From Octopus vulgaris (Eukaryota): a stretch of DNA of 64,000 nucleotides. A program made the position numbers and the translations under genes. Below the pieces are notes generated by a model. That model was given only the letters and a program-made list of their open reading frames with translations. It searched no databases and had not been told where the DNA came from. The DNA is taken from NCBI GenBank assembly GCA_951406725.2, contig OX597835.1, positions 21,762,001 to 21,826,000 of the forward strand. Direction: 5' to 3'. This document shows, one piece after another, positions 11,680 through 25,167 of this stretch. Every line of letters starts with the position of its first letter. The stretch's first letter is position 1.

Positions 11680-12019
11680 ACTGACCAAAGAGTTATGAGT
11701 GGGTTCGGTAAACGGAAACTGAAAGAAGCCCATTATATATATATATATATATGTTTGTGTCTGTGTTTGTTTCCCACCACTGCTTGACAACCAGTGTTGG
11801 TTTGTTTACATCCATGTAACTTAGCAGTTCATCATCATCATCATCATCGTTTAACGTCCGTTCTCCGATGATGATGATGATGATGAACTGCTAAGTTACA
11901 TGGATGTAAACAAACCAACACTGGTTGTCAAGCAGTGGTGGGAAACAAACATATATATATATATAATGGGCTTCTTTCAGTTTCCGTTTACCAAACCCAC
12001 TCATAACTCTTTGATCAGT
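11680..12019. repeat. Fold-back inverted duplication (~155-170 bp arms, 16-nt loop)
   Basis: 11680-11849 is mirrored by 11866-12019. The loop TTTAACGTCCGTTCTC is the end of a family C SINE. Confidence 0.9.
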
Positions 12020-12255
12020 GAGAATGATAGAATAAGTCCCCAGCTTAAAAGAAGAGGGAAGTATTGATGTCAATTTGCTTTGACTGAGATTCTTCTTCAA
12101 GGCAATGCCCCAACATGACTAAAGTCTAATGACAGAAAGAAGGAAACGCTGCAAGACAATGCATGGTTTATTCAAGACTTATGGGAATAAATAAGCATTA
12201 CATTTGCCAGAGGAATCTGAATGCTAAAGGGTGAATAAAGATTTATTTACATATA

Positions 12256-12427
12256 GCGCAGGAGTGGCTGTGTGGTAAGTAGCTTCCTAACCAACCACAT
12301 GGTTCTGGGTTCAGTCCCACTGCGTGGCATCTTGGGCAAGTGTCTTCTGCTATAGCCTCGGGCCGACCAAAGCCTTGTGAGTGGATTTGGTAGATGGAAA
12401 CTGAAAGAAGCCTGTCGTATATATGTG

Positions 12428-12462
<35 letters not shown>

Positions 12463-12655
12463 TTGTCCCCCTAGCATTGCTTGACAACCGATGCTGGTGT
12501 GTTTAAGTCCCTGTCACTTGGCGGTTCAGCAAAAGAGACCGATTGAGTATGTACTGGGCTTACAAAGAATAAGTCCCGGGGTCGATTTGCTCGACTAAAG
12601 GCGGTGCTCCAGCATGGCCACAGTCAAATGACTGAAACGAGTAAAAGAGTAAAAA
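12256..12655 (+). mobile_element. tRNA-derived SINE family B (full length)
   Basis: GCGCAGGAGTGGCTGTGTGGTAAG..GGTTCAGTCCC head, internal (TA)n(TG)n, tail AAGTAAAAGAGT. Further copies at ~14680, 20098, 21518, 27738, 29790, 32736, 36306, 37049, 38037, 56550 and 57231. Confidence 0.88.
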
Positions 12656-13100
12656 GAGTTTGACTTGAACAGTTTATATTCTAAATGTAAATAAGCATTT
12701 AATTTCACATATTTTTTCTAAATATTTCCTTCACATAACTTTGTATTTTTTCTCCTCATACTTTCGTTTCCCTCCTCCCAACTCCTCATCTTTCTAAAAT
12801 CTATTTAATTATATCATCTTTCTTTAATCATCATCATCATCATCAGACACTTTCCTTTTCTTAAATACTCATTTATTTTGATATATGTGTATATATATAT
12901 ATGTGACCTCGTGAAGACCACTTGCATTTTTTTTCCCTCTGTCCTCCCACCTCGGGATCTTTCTTTCTCCTATGTTTCCAACGAAGAGCTCCGCTCGAAA
13001 CGTCATACACTCCTTCTTCCCTTTTTTCCTGAGCGCCCAATAATACTTTATTTGTTCCACATCCTTGCGTTGTTGTCTTTTTGTTTTCTTGTTTGGATTA

Positions 13101-13137
<37 letters not shown>

Positions 13138-13676
13138 TCATCATCATCATCATCGTTTAACGTCCGTTTTCTATGCTGGCATGGATTGGACAGTTTAACT
13201 GGGGTCTGGGAAGCCAGGAGGCTGCACCAGGCTCCAGTCTGATCTGGCAGTTTTCCACAGCTGGATGCCCTTCCTAACGCCAACCACTCCGAGAGTGTAG
13301 TGGGTGCTTTTTCAACGTCCCACTGCCACAAGGTCAGAGAGGGCTTTTTACATGCCACCAGCATGGAAGCCGGTCAAGGTGGCACTGGCATTGGCCACGT
13401 TCAGATGGCGCTTTTTACATGCCACTGGCATAGGGACCACAACTACAATTTCCACTTGATTTTATTTTGACTCAGTAGGCCTCCTCAAGCACGGCATGTT
13501 GCCCTACGATCCAAGGTACTTTTTGAGTGAGCTGGTTATGCAACACTGGTGTAGGCTACAGCTGTGATCACACTTTATTTGCCGGGTCTTCTCAGTCACA
13601 GCATACCTCCAGAGGTCTCAGTCTTTCATCATTGCCTTTGTGAGGCCCAACATTCAAAGATATTATATATAGTGTG

Positions 13677-13980
13677 TGGAGGTGCAATGGTCCAGTTGGT
13701 TAGGGCAGCGGACTCGCAGTCGTAGGATCGCGGTTTCGATTCCCAGACCGGGCGTTGTGAGTGTTTATTGAGCGAAAACACCTAAAAGCTCCACGAGGCT
13801 CCGGCAGGGGGTGGTGATCCCTGCTGTACTCTTTCACCACTCTTTCTCCCACTCTTTCTTCTGTTGGCCTGCTCGCTTAGCCAGCAGGGTGGCGTCATTC
13901 GAAGGCTAAAACAGTGCAAACGCATTGTGACCAGCGATGTGTAACTACATCTGATGGACTGGTCGGTCACGTGATCACGT
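13677..13980 (+). mobile_element. tRNA-derived SINE family D
   Basis: GGAGGTGCAATGG..GGTTAGGGCAGCGGACTCGC..GGTTTCGATTCCCAGACCGGGC head. Copies at 45850-46153 (-), 51159-51545, 57655-57905 (-) and 60605-60815. Confidence 0.8.
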
Positions 13981-16900
13981 GATATATAGTGTACTGTTCC
14001 ATGGGGGTAAGATCAACAAAAACAGTACTCCATCTGATGAGAGATAAACATTATTTCAGGAACTCAGTGCATGTTTCTATATGCTGTTATTATTTTCATG
14101 TGCATGAAACTAATAACAACACATACTGCATGTCATCATCATCATCATTGTTTAACGGCTGCTTTCCATGGTGGCATGGGTTGGATGGTTTGACTGAGGT
14201 CTGGAGAGCCAGTAGCTGCACCAGGCTCTAATATGATCTGGCTGTTCTGTCGATTAGCAATGTTTCTACAGCTGGATGTCCTTCCTAATGCCAACTACTC
14301 TGAGAGTATAGTGAATGCTGTTTACATGCCACTGGCACGGGAACTAGTCAGGCGGGCCTGGCACCGATCATGTTCGGATGGTGCTTTTTACATGCCACCG
14401 GCACAGGAGCTAGTCAGGTGGACCTGACACCAAGTACATCATCATCATCATTTAATGTCTGTTTTCCATGCTGGCATGGGTTGAATGGTTTAGAACCAGT
14501 CAGGCGGGCCTGACATCGACCACGTTCAGATGGTGCTTTTTACGTGCCACCGACATGGGGTGGCAGTCAGGCAGCACTGGCAGTGACCGATGCATGAATG
14601 CCAGTGCCACCTAATTGGCATTCATGTGTGTGTATATACAAATATGTATATATATATATATTTTTTTTTTGGCATATATAGGCGCAGGAGTGGCTGTGTG
14701 GTAAGTAGCTTGCTTACCAACCACATAGTTCCAGGTTCAGTCCCACTGTGTGGCACCTTGGGCAAGTGTTTTTTACTATAGCCTCGGGCCAACCAAAGCC
14801 TTGTGAGTGGATTTGATAGACGGAAACTGAAAGAAGCCCGTTGTATATATGTATATATATATATATATGTGCGTGTGTGTTTGTGTGTCTGTGTTTGTCC
14901 CCCTAGCATTGCTTGACAACCGATGCTGGTGTGTTTATGACCCCGTCACTTAGCGGTTAGAATAAGTACTGGGCTTACAAAGTCCCGGGGTTGAGTTGCT
15001 CAATTAAAGGTGGTGCTCCAGCATGGCAGCAGTCAAATGACTGAAACAAGTAAAGAGTATATATTGTTTTGTCTTTCACTAGTTTTAGTCATTGGACTGC
15101 AGTCATGCTGGGCACTGCCTTGATGGGTGCTAGTCAAACAAAGAAACCCCAGGATTTGTGTTTTTAAAACCCTGATGCTTATTTTATCAGTTTTTTTTTG
15201 CTGAACTACTAAGTTATGGGGACATACATACCCCAACACCAACTTTCAACAGTCGTGGGGGGACAAACACAGACACACACACAAACAGACTTTTGTAAGT
15301 TTCCGTCTACCAAACTCACTCACAAGGCTTTAATTCAGCCTGGGGCTATAGTAGAAGACCCTTGTCCAAGGTGGCATGCAGTGGGAGTGAACCTAGAACC
15401 ACGTAGCTGAGAAACAAACTTCTTACCGCGCAGTCTCACTTGCACCTACATATATAATGTACAACACTCAGTTTCTCTGCCTACCAAATCCACTCTCAAA
15501 GCCTTAGTCAGCCCCAGGCTATGATAGAAGACACTTACTTGCCCAAGGTGCCATGGAGTGGGATTGAACTTAGAACCATGTCATTGGGAAGTATATTTCT
15601 TTTCCATACAGGTTATACCATAGTTGTGTGCTTATAATTGATTCTATTAAAATGTATGTTGAAATTGATTTTGTTAACTCTAGGTCAGCCCTGATCTAGT
15701 AGGCTTATGATCAAAGAAATTCCCTCCATGACCATCCCAGCTTTTCACATACAGTTTATCTGATACATCCTTCCTTATTAACTGCTAGTCTGCCTTGATC
15801 CAGCTGACCCATGATCAGAGATGTTCCAGTCATGACCATCCCATCTTTCATTTAGCTGTTGTGTCCTTCCTTGCTATTTAACCCCAGGTCAGACCTAACC
15901 CTGTGGACCAATGATCAAGCGTTCCAAGCATGACCATCTTACCATTTATTCAGTTATAGTACCTCAAGGCCAAGTTTAATGTTTTCTGGGGGTTTTTTTT
16001 TAATGGTAGAGTGTAATTAAAAACATATTTAGCTCCTATTTCTAGTATATCAAATGAATCTGTAAAGACTGTCATTAGTTCACAATTAGGTATTATTGAA
16101 TAATCCTTTGGTTTATGCTTTGTTATTTAAGTATATATGATTCTATATAAAATGAAATGTGTGTGTATATCTGTATATATGTCTTTATGTATATATATAT
16201 GTGTGTGTTTATATATTTATTTTTGCACTATATATGTATAAAATAGCCATCCCTGTATCATACTCAATGTATAAATGTATATACAGTGTCAGCAGTTAAG
16301 TTACTGAGGTATTTGTCCTGACATAACTACTCTTATAGATGTGTTGTGTAAAAAGCAAAAGATTTCCAAGAGAAAAAAAAATAGCACCCATCCCAGCAGC
16401 AGCAACCAGCAAGAGCACTGGATGCATTTCAACAGTGCATATTCCCAACCAGTTACATGCTTGGATGAAAATTTAATCATCTCCAATATAGAAAAAGACG
16501 AATAAGATATTCACTGATCTTGCAAAAAACTGTTTGGCTGAATAAAAGTTTGGTATACACAACTGGGTTAGTATTTAATTAAAACTGACTTCTATGTATC
16601 ATACTTAATGTAAACACACACTGCTGATGTACATTAACTACAATATATAGATGAGTATTTTAATTAAATACTTCCTCAATTATCTCTGCCAGATATATAT
16701 AAGCTTGCCCACGCATGCATTCACATACTCACCCCCATTTACACACACACACACACACATATTATTCTTCCATACACACATGCACTTGTGCACCTTAGTT
16801 CAGCTGGGTCACCATTATTATCTCCCTTTCCCTCAGCCTCTTTCCTCTGCTCATTTCATCATGTTAAACCATTAATCCCTACACATTCTCTCTTTCTCCA

Positions 16901-17036
16901 TTTTGTTTTCCCTCTCATCCCTTTCTATCGAAGAGCATAGGTTCGAAACAGCAAAGACTTTTCCATTCTTCCCAAGCATCAAACTAATACACCTGCTTGT
17001 TGTTCCCTCATTTCTCACTTGTTTTCTGTACATTTG

Positions 17037-17070
<34 letters not shown>

Positions 17071-17072
<2 letters not shown>

Positions 17073-17218
17073 GTATTGAAATGTGTATAAGGAACCCCCT
17101 AATTTTTGGGGCTTAAAATTTGGAAAAAAGGTTTTGTAAGGGATTATAATACTGTCCATGCATAAGAAACTCCCTACTTTTTGACAAAAAAGGGTTCCTT
17201 ATACACATTAAAATATGG
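17071..17218. mobile_element. TA-flanked pogo/Tigger-like MITE
   Basis: TA-CCGTATT..GTGTATAAGGAACCC ... GGGTTCCTTATACAC..AATATGG-TA. A cleaner copy is at 55616-55777. Confidence 0.75.
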
Positions 17219-17589
17219 TATATATATCTTCAGCTATATAACTCCACATGTGCTGTTCACAATTTCTTTCCCTTTCTCCTTTCCGACAAAGAGCCTTACT
17301 CGAAATGTCAAACTCTCTTTTCACCTAGCGTCAAGCTAATACATTCCTTGTGCACATCCTCTTGTCCATTAATTCTATTCATTTATTTGAATTGACTAAA
17401 CACACACGCACACACACATGGTGAGTCAAAAGTGACACACCAAAATATTTGGCATTTTATTTATATTATGTAATTAATCATTTTGTTTATCATGTGTGTA
17501 TTCATCATTATTTTTTTTCTGTTACTCAATTTTTTTAAAAAATCGAAACCTGTCTGACAATTTCAGACCATATTGAAGTTATTTTGTGC

Positions 17590-17921
17590 ACCATCCATCT
17601 ATCTATCTGTCTGCCTGTCTGACTACCTATCTCTCTGTCTATCTCTACCTGTCAGTCTATCTATCTATATATCTGTCTGTCTATATATCTATCTGTCTAC
17701 CTATCTATCTGTCTATCTGTATATCTGTCTGTCTGTCTATCTATATATCTATCTGTCTGCCTATCTATATATCTGTCTGTCTATCTATCTATCTATCTAT
17801 TTATCTATCTACCTGTCTATCTATCTACCTATCTATCTGTCTATATATCTATTTATCTATCTATCTATATATCTACCTATCTAATTATCTATCTATCTAT
17901 CTGTATCTATATCTATCTATC

Positions 17922-17963
<42 letters not shown>

Positions 17964-17970
17964 TACATAT
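17590..17970. repeat. Compound (TATC)/(TGTC)/(TA)/(CA) microsatellite
   Basis: Directly visible. Confidence 0.95.
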
Positions 17971-18077
17971 GGATGTGTGTGTATATATAGGTGTGTGTGT
18001 GTGTTTTGATCAGAAAGCAGGATGTTGTAATTACATGTTTTATAATTTAATTTGACGAAGATAAACATGGATGTTGT

Positions 18078-18110
<33 letters not shown>

Positions 18111-18374
18111 CTGGGTAGTTATGTATGTATGCGCACGTGCGCGTGTATGTAAATTGTTACATATACAAAATAAGTTGGGTTTTTTTTTCCTTTCTATTTA
18201 TAAAAACATGGCTAATGTTTGCTCTGAGACAAATTTGTTTTGTTTTAACTCTCTCTAAACACTGTACCCTGGTGATGAGCATGATTCTGAATGTATGAAT
18301 GCGCGCAATATCTAATGCAAGCACAAATATATATGTCTATGTATGTATAAGTATTAATGTTATCCTCTGAATGG

Positions 18375-18418
<44 letters not shown>

Positions 18419-20587
18419 AAGGCATGTATAAATAATATATGTAAAAATGTATGTGTAAATCTCTATGTATCCTAAATATTTTTTGTGTGTTAAATGAATA
18501 ATAAATATATATATATATATCTATAAAGAATTTACAACATTTACTAAACTAAATTGTTATCTTTTGTAGTATATACATCATCATAATCATCATCATTATC
18601 ATCATCATTTTCACGTCCACTTTTTCCATGCTCGCATGGGTTGGATGGAACATTGTTTATGTGGAATTTCTGCTACTGGATGTCCTTCCTGTCACCAACC
18701 CTCACCTGCTTCGAAGCAAGGGGATATTTCCCTCATGGTCAGACATGTTTTTACAGAAGATTGAAAGCAAAGAACACATCTTGCATGATGGTGATGCTCA
18801 TTTACAGCGTTGGGCGTTAGGAAGGCCACCGAGACATACAAACCATTGCCAAAACTGACATGGAGCCTGAACAGCCCTTCAGTTGGTCAGCTTCTGTCAA
18901 ACTGTCCAACCATTGCCAGCATGGAAAACAGACATTAAATGATGATGATGATGATGATGTCTGTCTGTGAAGGCTGACCAGCACCAGTCTATTTTGGAAT
19001 CCCTTGTCTTGCAATTTACCTGATGACCTCACTGATGCTGATGATGTCATGTAAAAAGCAACAGGGACACTCTTTGAAGTGGTTGGTGTTAGGAAGGGCC
19101 ATCAGCCATAGATACCAAGCCAAAACAGACATTGGACCTTGGTGCAGTCCTTTGGCTTGCCAGATCCTGTCGACCCCATGCCAGTGTGGAAAACAGATGC
19201 TAAACGATGACATATGTATGTGTTTTCCATACAGCCTCTGTCTTGTGATATATGCTGGCAGAAACGTTAGCATGCCGGGCGAAATGCTTAGCGGTATTTC
19301 GTCTGCCGTTACGTTCTGAGTTCAAATTCCGCCGAGGTCGACTTTGCCTTTCATCCTTTCGGGGTCGATAAATTAAGTACCAGTTACGCACTGGGGTCGA
19401 TATAATCGACTTATTCCGTCTGTCTGTCCTTGTTTGTCTCCTCTATGTTTAGCCCCTTGTGGGTAGTAAAGAAATAGATATATGATAACAAATTTGACTC
19501 AGCTTTAAGTTTTGTTTCTGAGTCTGTTTTATTAGATTTGATAACAAAGACCATACTGTAGCATTAACCCTGAACAAACAGCTGGTTCACAGGAGCTGCG
19601 GATGGTGTAGTAACAGTATAATTAACAACCAGGGGCATATGTTCTGGATGTGTGAAACGAACACAATGCCTCCACTAAAAATGGTAAATTTTCTTGGAGG
19701 CTTCCCCCTATTGACTGGTTTTTGGTGTTCCCCCTCTCACTGAAAACCAGGCTATAGGGGTTGGGAAACCCCTAAGTTTTTTGGTGGATGTGTGTGTATG
19801 ATTATTTACTATTTTACTATTACTACAAGATCCAAGATCCCTTGCTGTTGTGAGCTATCTACTTGCCTTCATATCACCACCACCACATCCCAGGTCCACC
19901 AATCACTACTGACACCCTTGATTGTCTCAACTCCCAAATCTTACTCAAACCTCCCTTTTTTCTTTACCTTCTTTCCTCTTTTTCTAGAGATACACACACT
20001 TTTACAACCTCTTCACTTACATCCCCCAACAGTCAAGCACTGACCCTATAACCACACCAATCTAAGCAGTCTGTGAAGGAATAAGGGCATTCTATAAAGG
20101 AGTGGCTGTGTGGTAAGTACCTTGCCTACCAATCACATGGTTCTGGGTTCAGTCCCACTGCGTGGCATCTTGGGCAAGTGTCTTCTACTATAGCCTTGGG
20201 CCGACCAAAGCCTTGTGAGTGGATTTGGTAGACAGAAACTGAAAGAAGCCCGTTGTATATATGTATGTGTGTGTTTGTTCCCCCACCATCGCTTGACAAC
20301 CGATGCTGGTGTGTTTACATCCCCGTAACTTAGTGGTTCGGCAAAAGAAACCGTTAAAATAAGTACTAGGCTTACAAAGAATAAGTCCTGGGGTCGATTT
20401 GCTCGACTAAAGGTGGTGCTGCAGCATGGCCACAGTCAAATGACTGAAACAAGTAAAAGAATAAAAGAATCATGTATGTGGCCCCTTTTTGTCTAAATAC
20501 CAAATCCTTCCACCCTCCCCAGGGATGGACTCTCTTGAATCTTTCTTTGATCCTGTCTTTCGTCTAGACCTCAACCAACAGATGTTT

Positions 20588-21178
20588 TAGCATTTAAACT
20601 ACTCTGGCTGAAATATTCTATTCCTTGTTCAAACTCCCTGATCTGGCCCCTTATACATGCCTTACAATGTCATTCTAAACAGAAACAATCACGTCTTTGA
20701 AATCATGAAACTCCAAGACAATACATGGTTGATTCAAAATGATGTGAATAAATTGGCATTGCATTTCCCTGAGCAACCTGAACGCTAAGGGTTAAACCAG
20801 CCATATCTGGGCCCCCAAATGTTCTCTCTGTTTTACATTCAAACCAGCCAGTTCTGGCCTCTCACACCTATCCTACAATGTAATTCTAAAAATAAATAAA
20901 TAATCACATCCGATCGTGGCCGTTGCCAGCCTCGCCTGGCCCCCGTGCCAGTGGCACGTAAAAAGCACCATCCGTCCGTGGCCGTTTGCCAGCTTTGTCT
21001 GGCACCTGTGCGGGTGGCACGTAAAAAGCATCCACTACACTCACGGAGTGGTTGGCGTTAGGAAGGGCATCCAGCCGTAGAAACACTGCCAGATAAGACT
21101 GGGCATGATGCAGCCTTCTGGCTTCACAGACCCCAGTTGAACCGTCCAACCCATGCTAGCATGGAAAGCGGACTCTAA

Positions 21179-21212
<34 letters not shown>

Positions 21213-23326
21213 CATCAACAAAATTTTAAAGCTGTGAGATAATGCTTGATTAATTCAAAACTATGTGAATTAATGAGCATTGCATTTAACAGGGTAAGCT
21301 GAATGTTAAAGGGTTGAACAAGCACTATCAGGCTGAAATATTCTGTTTTATGTTCAAACTGGGTAGATCCAGCCACTCACACCCATCCTACAATGTCATT
21401 CTGGAAATAAATAATCACATCATTGAAATTTCACAGCTACAAAATAATCCATGATTAATTCAAAACAATATGAATAAATTAACATTAAATTTGACAGAGT
21501 GATCTGAATGTTAACTAAGGTGCAGGAGTGGCTCTGTGGTAAGTAGCTTGTTTACCAACCATATGGTTTCGGGTTCAGTCCCACTGCATGGCATCTTGGG
21601 CAAGTGTCTTCTGCTATAGCCCCAGGCCGACCAATGCCTTGTGAGTGGATTTGGTAGACGGATACTGAAAGAAGCCTGTCGTATATATATGTATGTGTTT
21701 GTCCCCCTAGCATTGCTTGACAACCGATGCTGGTGTGTTTACGTCCCCGTCACTTAGCTGTTCGGCAAAAGAGACCGATAGAATAAGTACTGGGCTTACA
21801 AAGAATAAGTCCTGGGGTCGATTTGCTCGACTAAAGGCGGTGCTCCAGCATGGCCACAGTCAAATGACTGAAACAAGTAAAAGAGAGTAAAGAGTATGTA
21901 AGAGAAGTTAACAATCTTTGTGTATTTCTCGACAGCTGTGTCTTCCAAGCTACAATTGTTACATTTAATACTTTAAAGGCAGCGAGTTGGCAGAAACATT
22001 AGAACGCCGGGCGAAATGCAAAACAGTATTTCATCTGTCTTTACATTCTGAGTTCAAATTCTGTCAAGGCCGACTTTGCCTTTTATCCTTTTGGGGCTGA
22101 TAAATTAAGTACCAGTTGTGTACTGGGTCGATCTAATTGATTGGTTACCTTCCCCAAAAATTTCAAGCCTTGTGCCTAGAATAGAAAAGAATACATCAGC
22201 ATTTAAACCAGCTACATCTGGCCCAAATGTTCTATTTGTTTTATGTTTCAAGCCAGATCCAGCTTCTTACACCTGCCCTACAATGTCATTCCAGAAAATA
22301 AATCACATCATTGAAATTTCAAAGTTGCAAGATAATGCACAACTAATTCAGGACAATGAATAAACAAGCATTACATTTGGCAGAATAATCAGAATGCTAA
22401 AGAATATATCGGGTTGATATATTGTACCTGTTTTATGATCAAACCAACCAAACTTGGCCTCTCACACCTACCCTACAATGTCATTCTGAAAATAAACAAT
22501 CTCATTGTCGAAATCTCAGAGCTATGAGATAATGCAACGTCAAATCCAAATAAACAATCTGTTGTAATCCTTAACGATGGATTTCTATAACACCCACTGT
22601 TGGTTGAGGTCTAGACAAAAGATAGGATCAAAGAAAGATTCAAGAGGGTCCATCCCTGGGGAGGGTGGAAGGATTTGGTATTTAGACAAAAAGGGGCCAC
22701 ATACATGATTCTTTTATTCTTTTACTTGTTTCAGTCATTTGACTGTGGCCATGCTGCAGCACTGCCTTTAGTCGAGCAAACCGATCCCAGGACTTATTCT
22801 TTGTAAACCTAGTACTTATTCTAACGGTTTCTTTTGCCAAACCAAACCTCTAAGTTACGGGGATGTAAACACACCAGCATCGGTTGTCAAGCGATGGTGG
22901 GGGGACAAACACACACATATGGCAACATAGTTGTTAGACAAGTATGACACAAATAATCTATGAACGTCTACTTCGTGCTCGCTTGTATTCTCTCCATACC
23001 AAGCGACATCACCTTATTTATAGCGACCGGCACATACCACTTGTTACATGTGAGGGGGTGTACCATTATTACTATTACCCCCACAATACAAGCATTTCAT
23101 TTGGCAGAGTATTCAGAGTGCTAAAGGATCAAACTATCCATATCAGGCCGAGATATTCTTCAACGTGTTTTATTCTCAAACCAGCCTGGCATAGAAGGTG
23201 GGCATTAAATGACGATGATGACATCATTGAAATTTCAAAGCTATGAGGTAATGCAAGGTCAATTCCAAATAACGTGATCAAATAAGCATTACATTTGTAA
23301 TGTAAGCTGAATGCTTGAGGGTTAAA
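20588..23326 (+). repeat. Interrupted tandem array (~6-7 units of ~200 bp) derived from a TTAA-ended MITE
   Basis: Recurring CTCTCACACCTACCCTACAATGTCATTCT..AATAAACAATCAC..GAATGCTAAAGGGTTAA. A solo full unit with TTAA ends is at 33306-33523. Confidence 0.7.
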
Positions 23327-23964
23327 CTAACCATATCTCTACATTGTATAACCTTCATGAATCATTAGCCACCTCCACCTCCTCCTCCTTCCACTGATTC
23401 AATTATTGATACAGAAGATGCCTACCCTCCTCCTTCCTCTGCTGAATGTCATAGCATAGCACCAAGGTCAGTACTCTACTCCCACTCCCAGCAATTATTT
23501 AATTAATGCATAATCTTCATGATTCTGCAATCAATTATAATTAACTAATTGCGGATCTACGTTCTCAGTTCAAATGCTGCCAAGGTCAACTTCTGCCTTT
23601 CGTTCTATCAGAGGTCAATGGGCACTGGTCTCAAAGTAATCAATTTACTCTGATTCCTTCAAAAACTGCTGCCTTTCTACCAAAATTTGAATACTCCAGC
23701 ATGGTCGCAGTCAAATGACTGAAACAAGTAAAAGAGTAAAGAGAAAGTATATATTTGTGTGTGTGTCTGTGCTTGTTCCCATGCCATAGCTTGACAACCA
23801 ATTTTGGTGTGTTTAGGTCCCTGAAACTTAGCAGTTCAGCAAAAGAGACCGATAGCATAAGTACTAGGTTTACAAAGAGTAAGTCCTGGGGTCGATTTCT
23901 TCGACTGGAAGTTGTGCTCCAGCATGGCTACAGTCAAATGAGTGTTTATGCATATGTTTCAATT

Positions 23965-24190
23965 TATGTCCTGGCTTGTTGAGGCTTGGTTCAACCCAGG
24001 TGAGTTGTGTCAGAGGTGTCACCATGTGTAGATCCACCCAGGCCCACCAGTGTTTTCCATTCCTGGTGGTCCCATGCCAACCCCTCTGCATCCTCCAACG
24101 TGATGTCAGGCCTCTGGAAATCTTCCACAATCACGTCCAACCATCTGGTGCGGGACCTACCACAAGATCTCATCCAGCCCGCAGCTGCTG
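23965..24190 (-). mobile_element. RTE-clade LINE ORF2 3' fragment
   Basis: Translation GRSRTRWLDVIVEDFQ..LEDAEGLAWDHQEWKTLV resembles the RTE C-terminal pattern GRPR.RW.D....D......A.DR..WR..V. Confidence 0.6.
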
Positions 24191-24734
24191 TGGTATATGA
24201 GAGTAAAATAACAATGCACTAATGATTCCACCAGCTGGACACCTTATCATCATCATCATCATCATCGTTTAACGTCCGTTTTCCGCGCTAGCACGGGTTG
24301 GACGGTTCGACCGAGGTCTGGGAAGCCAGGGGCTGCACCAGGCTCCAGTCTGATCTGGCAGAGTTTCTACAGCTGGATGCCCTTCCTAACACCAACAACT
24401 CCACAAGTGTAGTGGGTGCTTTTTACGTGCCACCTGCACAGGTTCCAGGGGGGTCCGGCATCGGCCACGATCGGTTGGAGCTTTTAACGTGCCACCAGCA
24501 CGGAAGCCAGCCAAGGCGGCACTGGCAACGGCCACGCTCGGATGGTGCTTTTTATGTGCCACCGGCACAGAAGCCAGTCGGGGTGGTGCTGGCAACGGCC
24601 ACGTTCGGATGGTGCTTTTTATGTGCTACCAGCACAGAAGCCAGTCGAGGCAGCGCCAGCAATGGCCACGTTCGGATGGTGCTTTTTATGTGCCACCGGC
24701 ACAGGTATCACATGCTAGTAATAATAATAATAAT

Positions 24735-25132
24735 GGTTTCAAATTTTGCCACAAGGCCTCAAATTTGGGGAAAGGAATTAAGTCGATTACATCAACTCCA
24801 GTGTGTAACTGGTATTTATTTAAGTGACCCCAAAAGGATGAAAGGTAAAGTCAACCTCGGTGGAATTTGAACTCAGAATGTAGCAGCAGACGAAATATCG
24901 CTAAGCATTTCGTCCAGCGTGCTAATGATTCTGCCAGCTCACCACCTTAATAATCATCATCATCATCATTTAGCGTCCGTTTTCCATGCTAGCATGGGTT
25001 GGACGGTTTAACTGGGGTCTGTGAAGCCGGAAGGCTTCATCAGGCCCAGTCAGATTTGGCAGTGTTTCTACGGCTGGATGCCCTTCCTAACGCCAACCAC
25101 TCCGTGAGTGTAGTGGGTGTTTTTTACGTGCC

Positions 25133-25167
<35 letters not shown>

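Noticed and set aside
13677-13755. tRNA genes at SINE heads (also 30489, 51159, 60703)
   Set aside because: Each continues into a SINE body and lacks a full cloverleaf.
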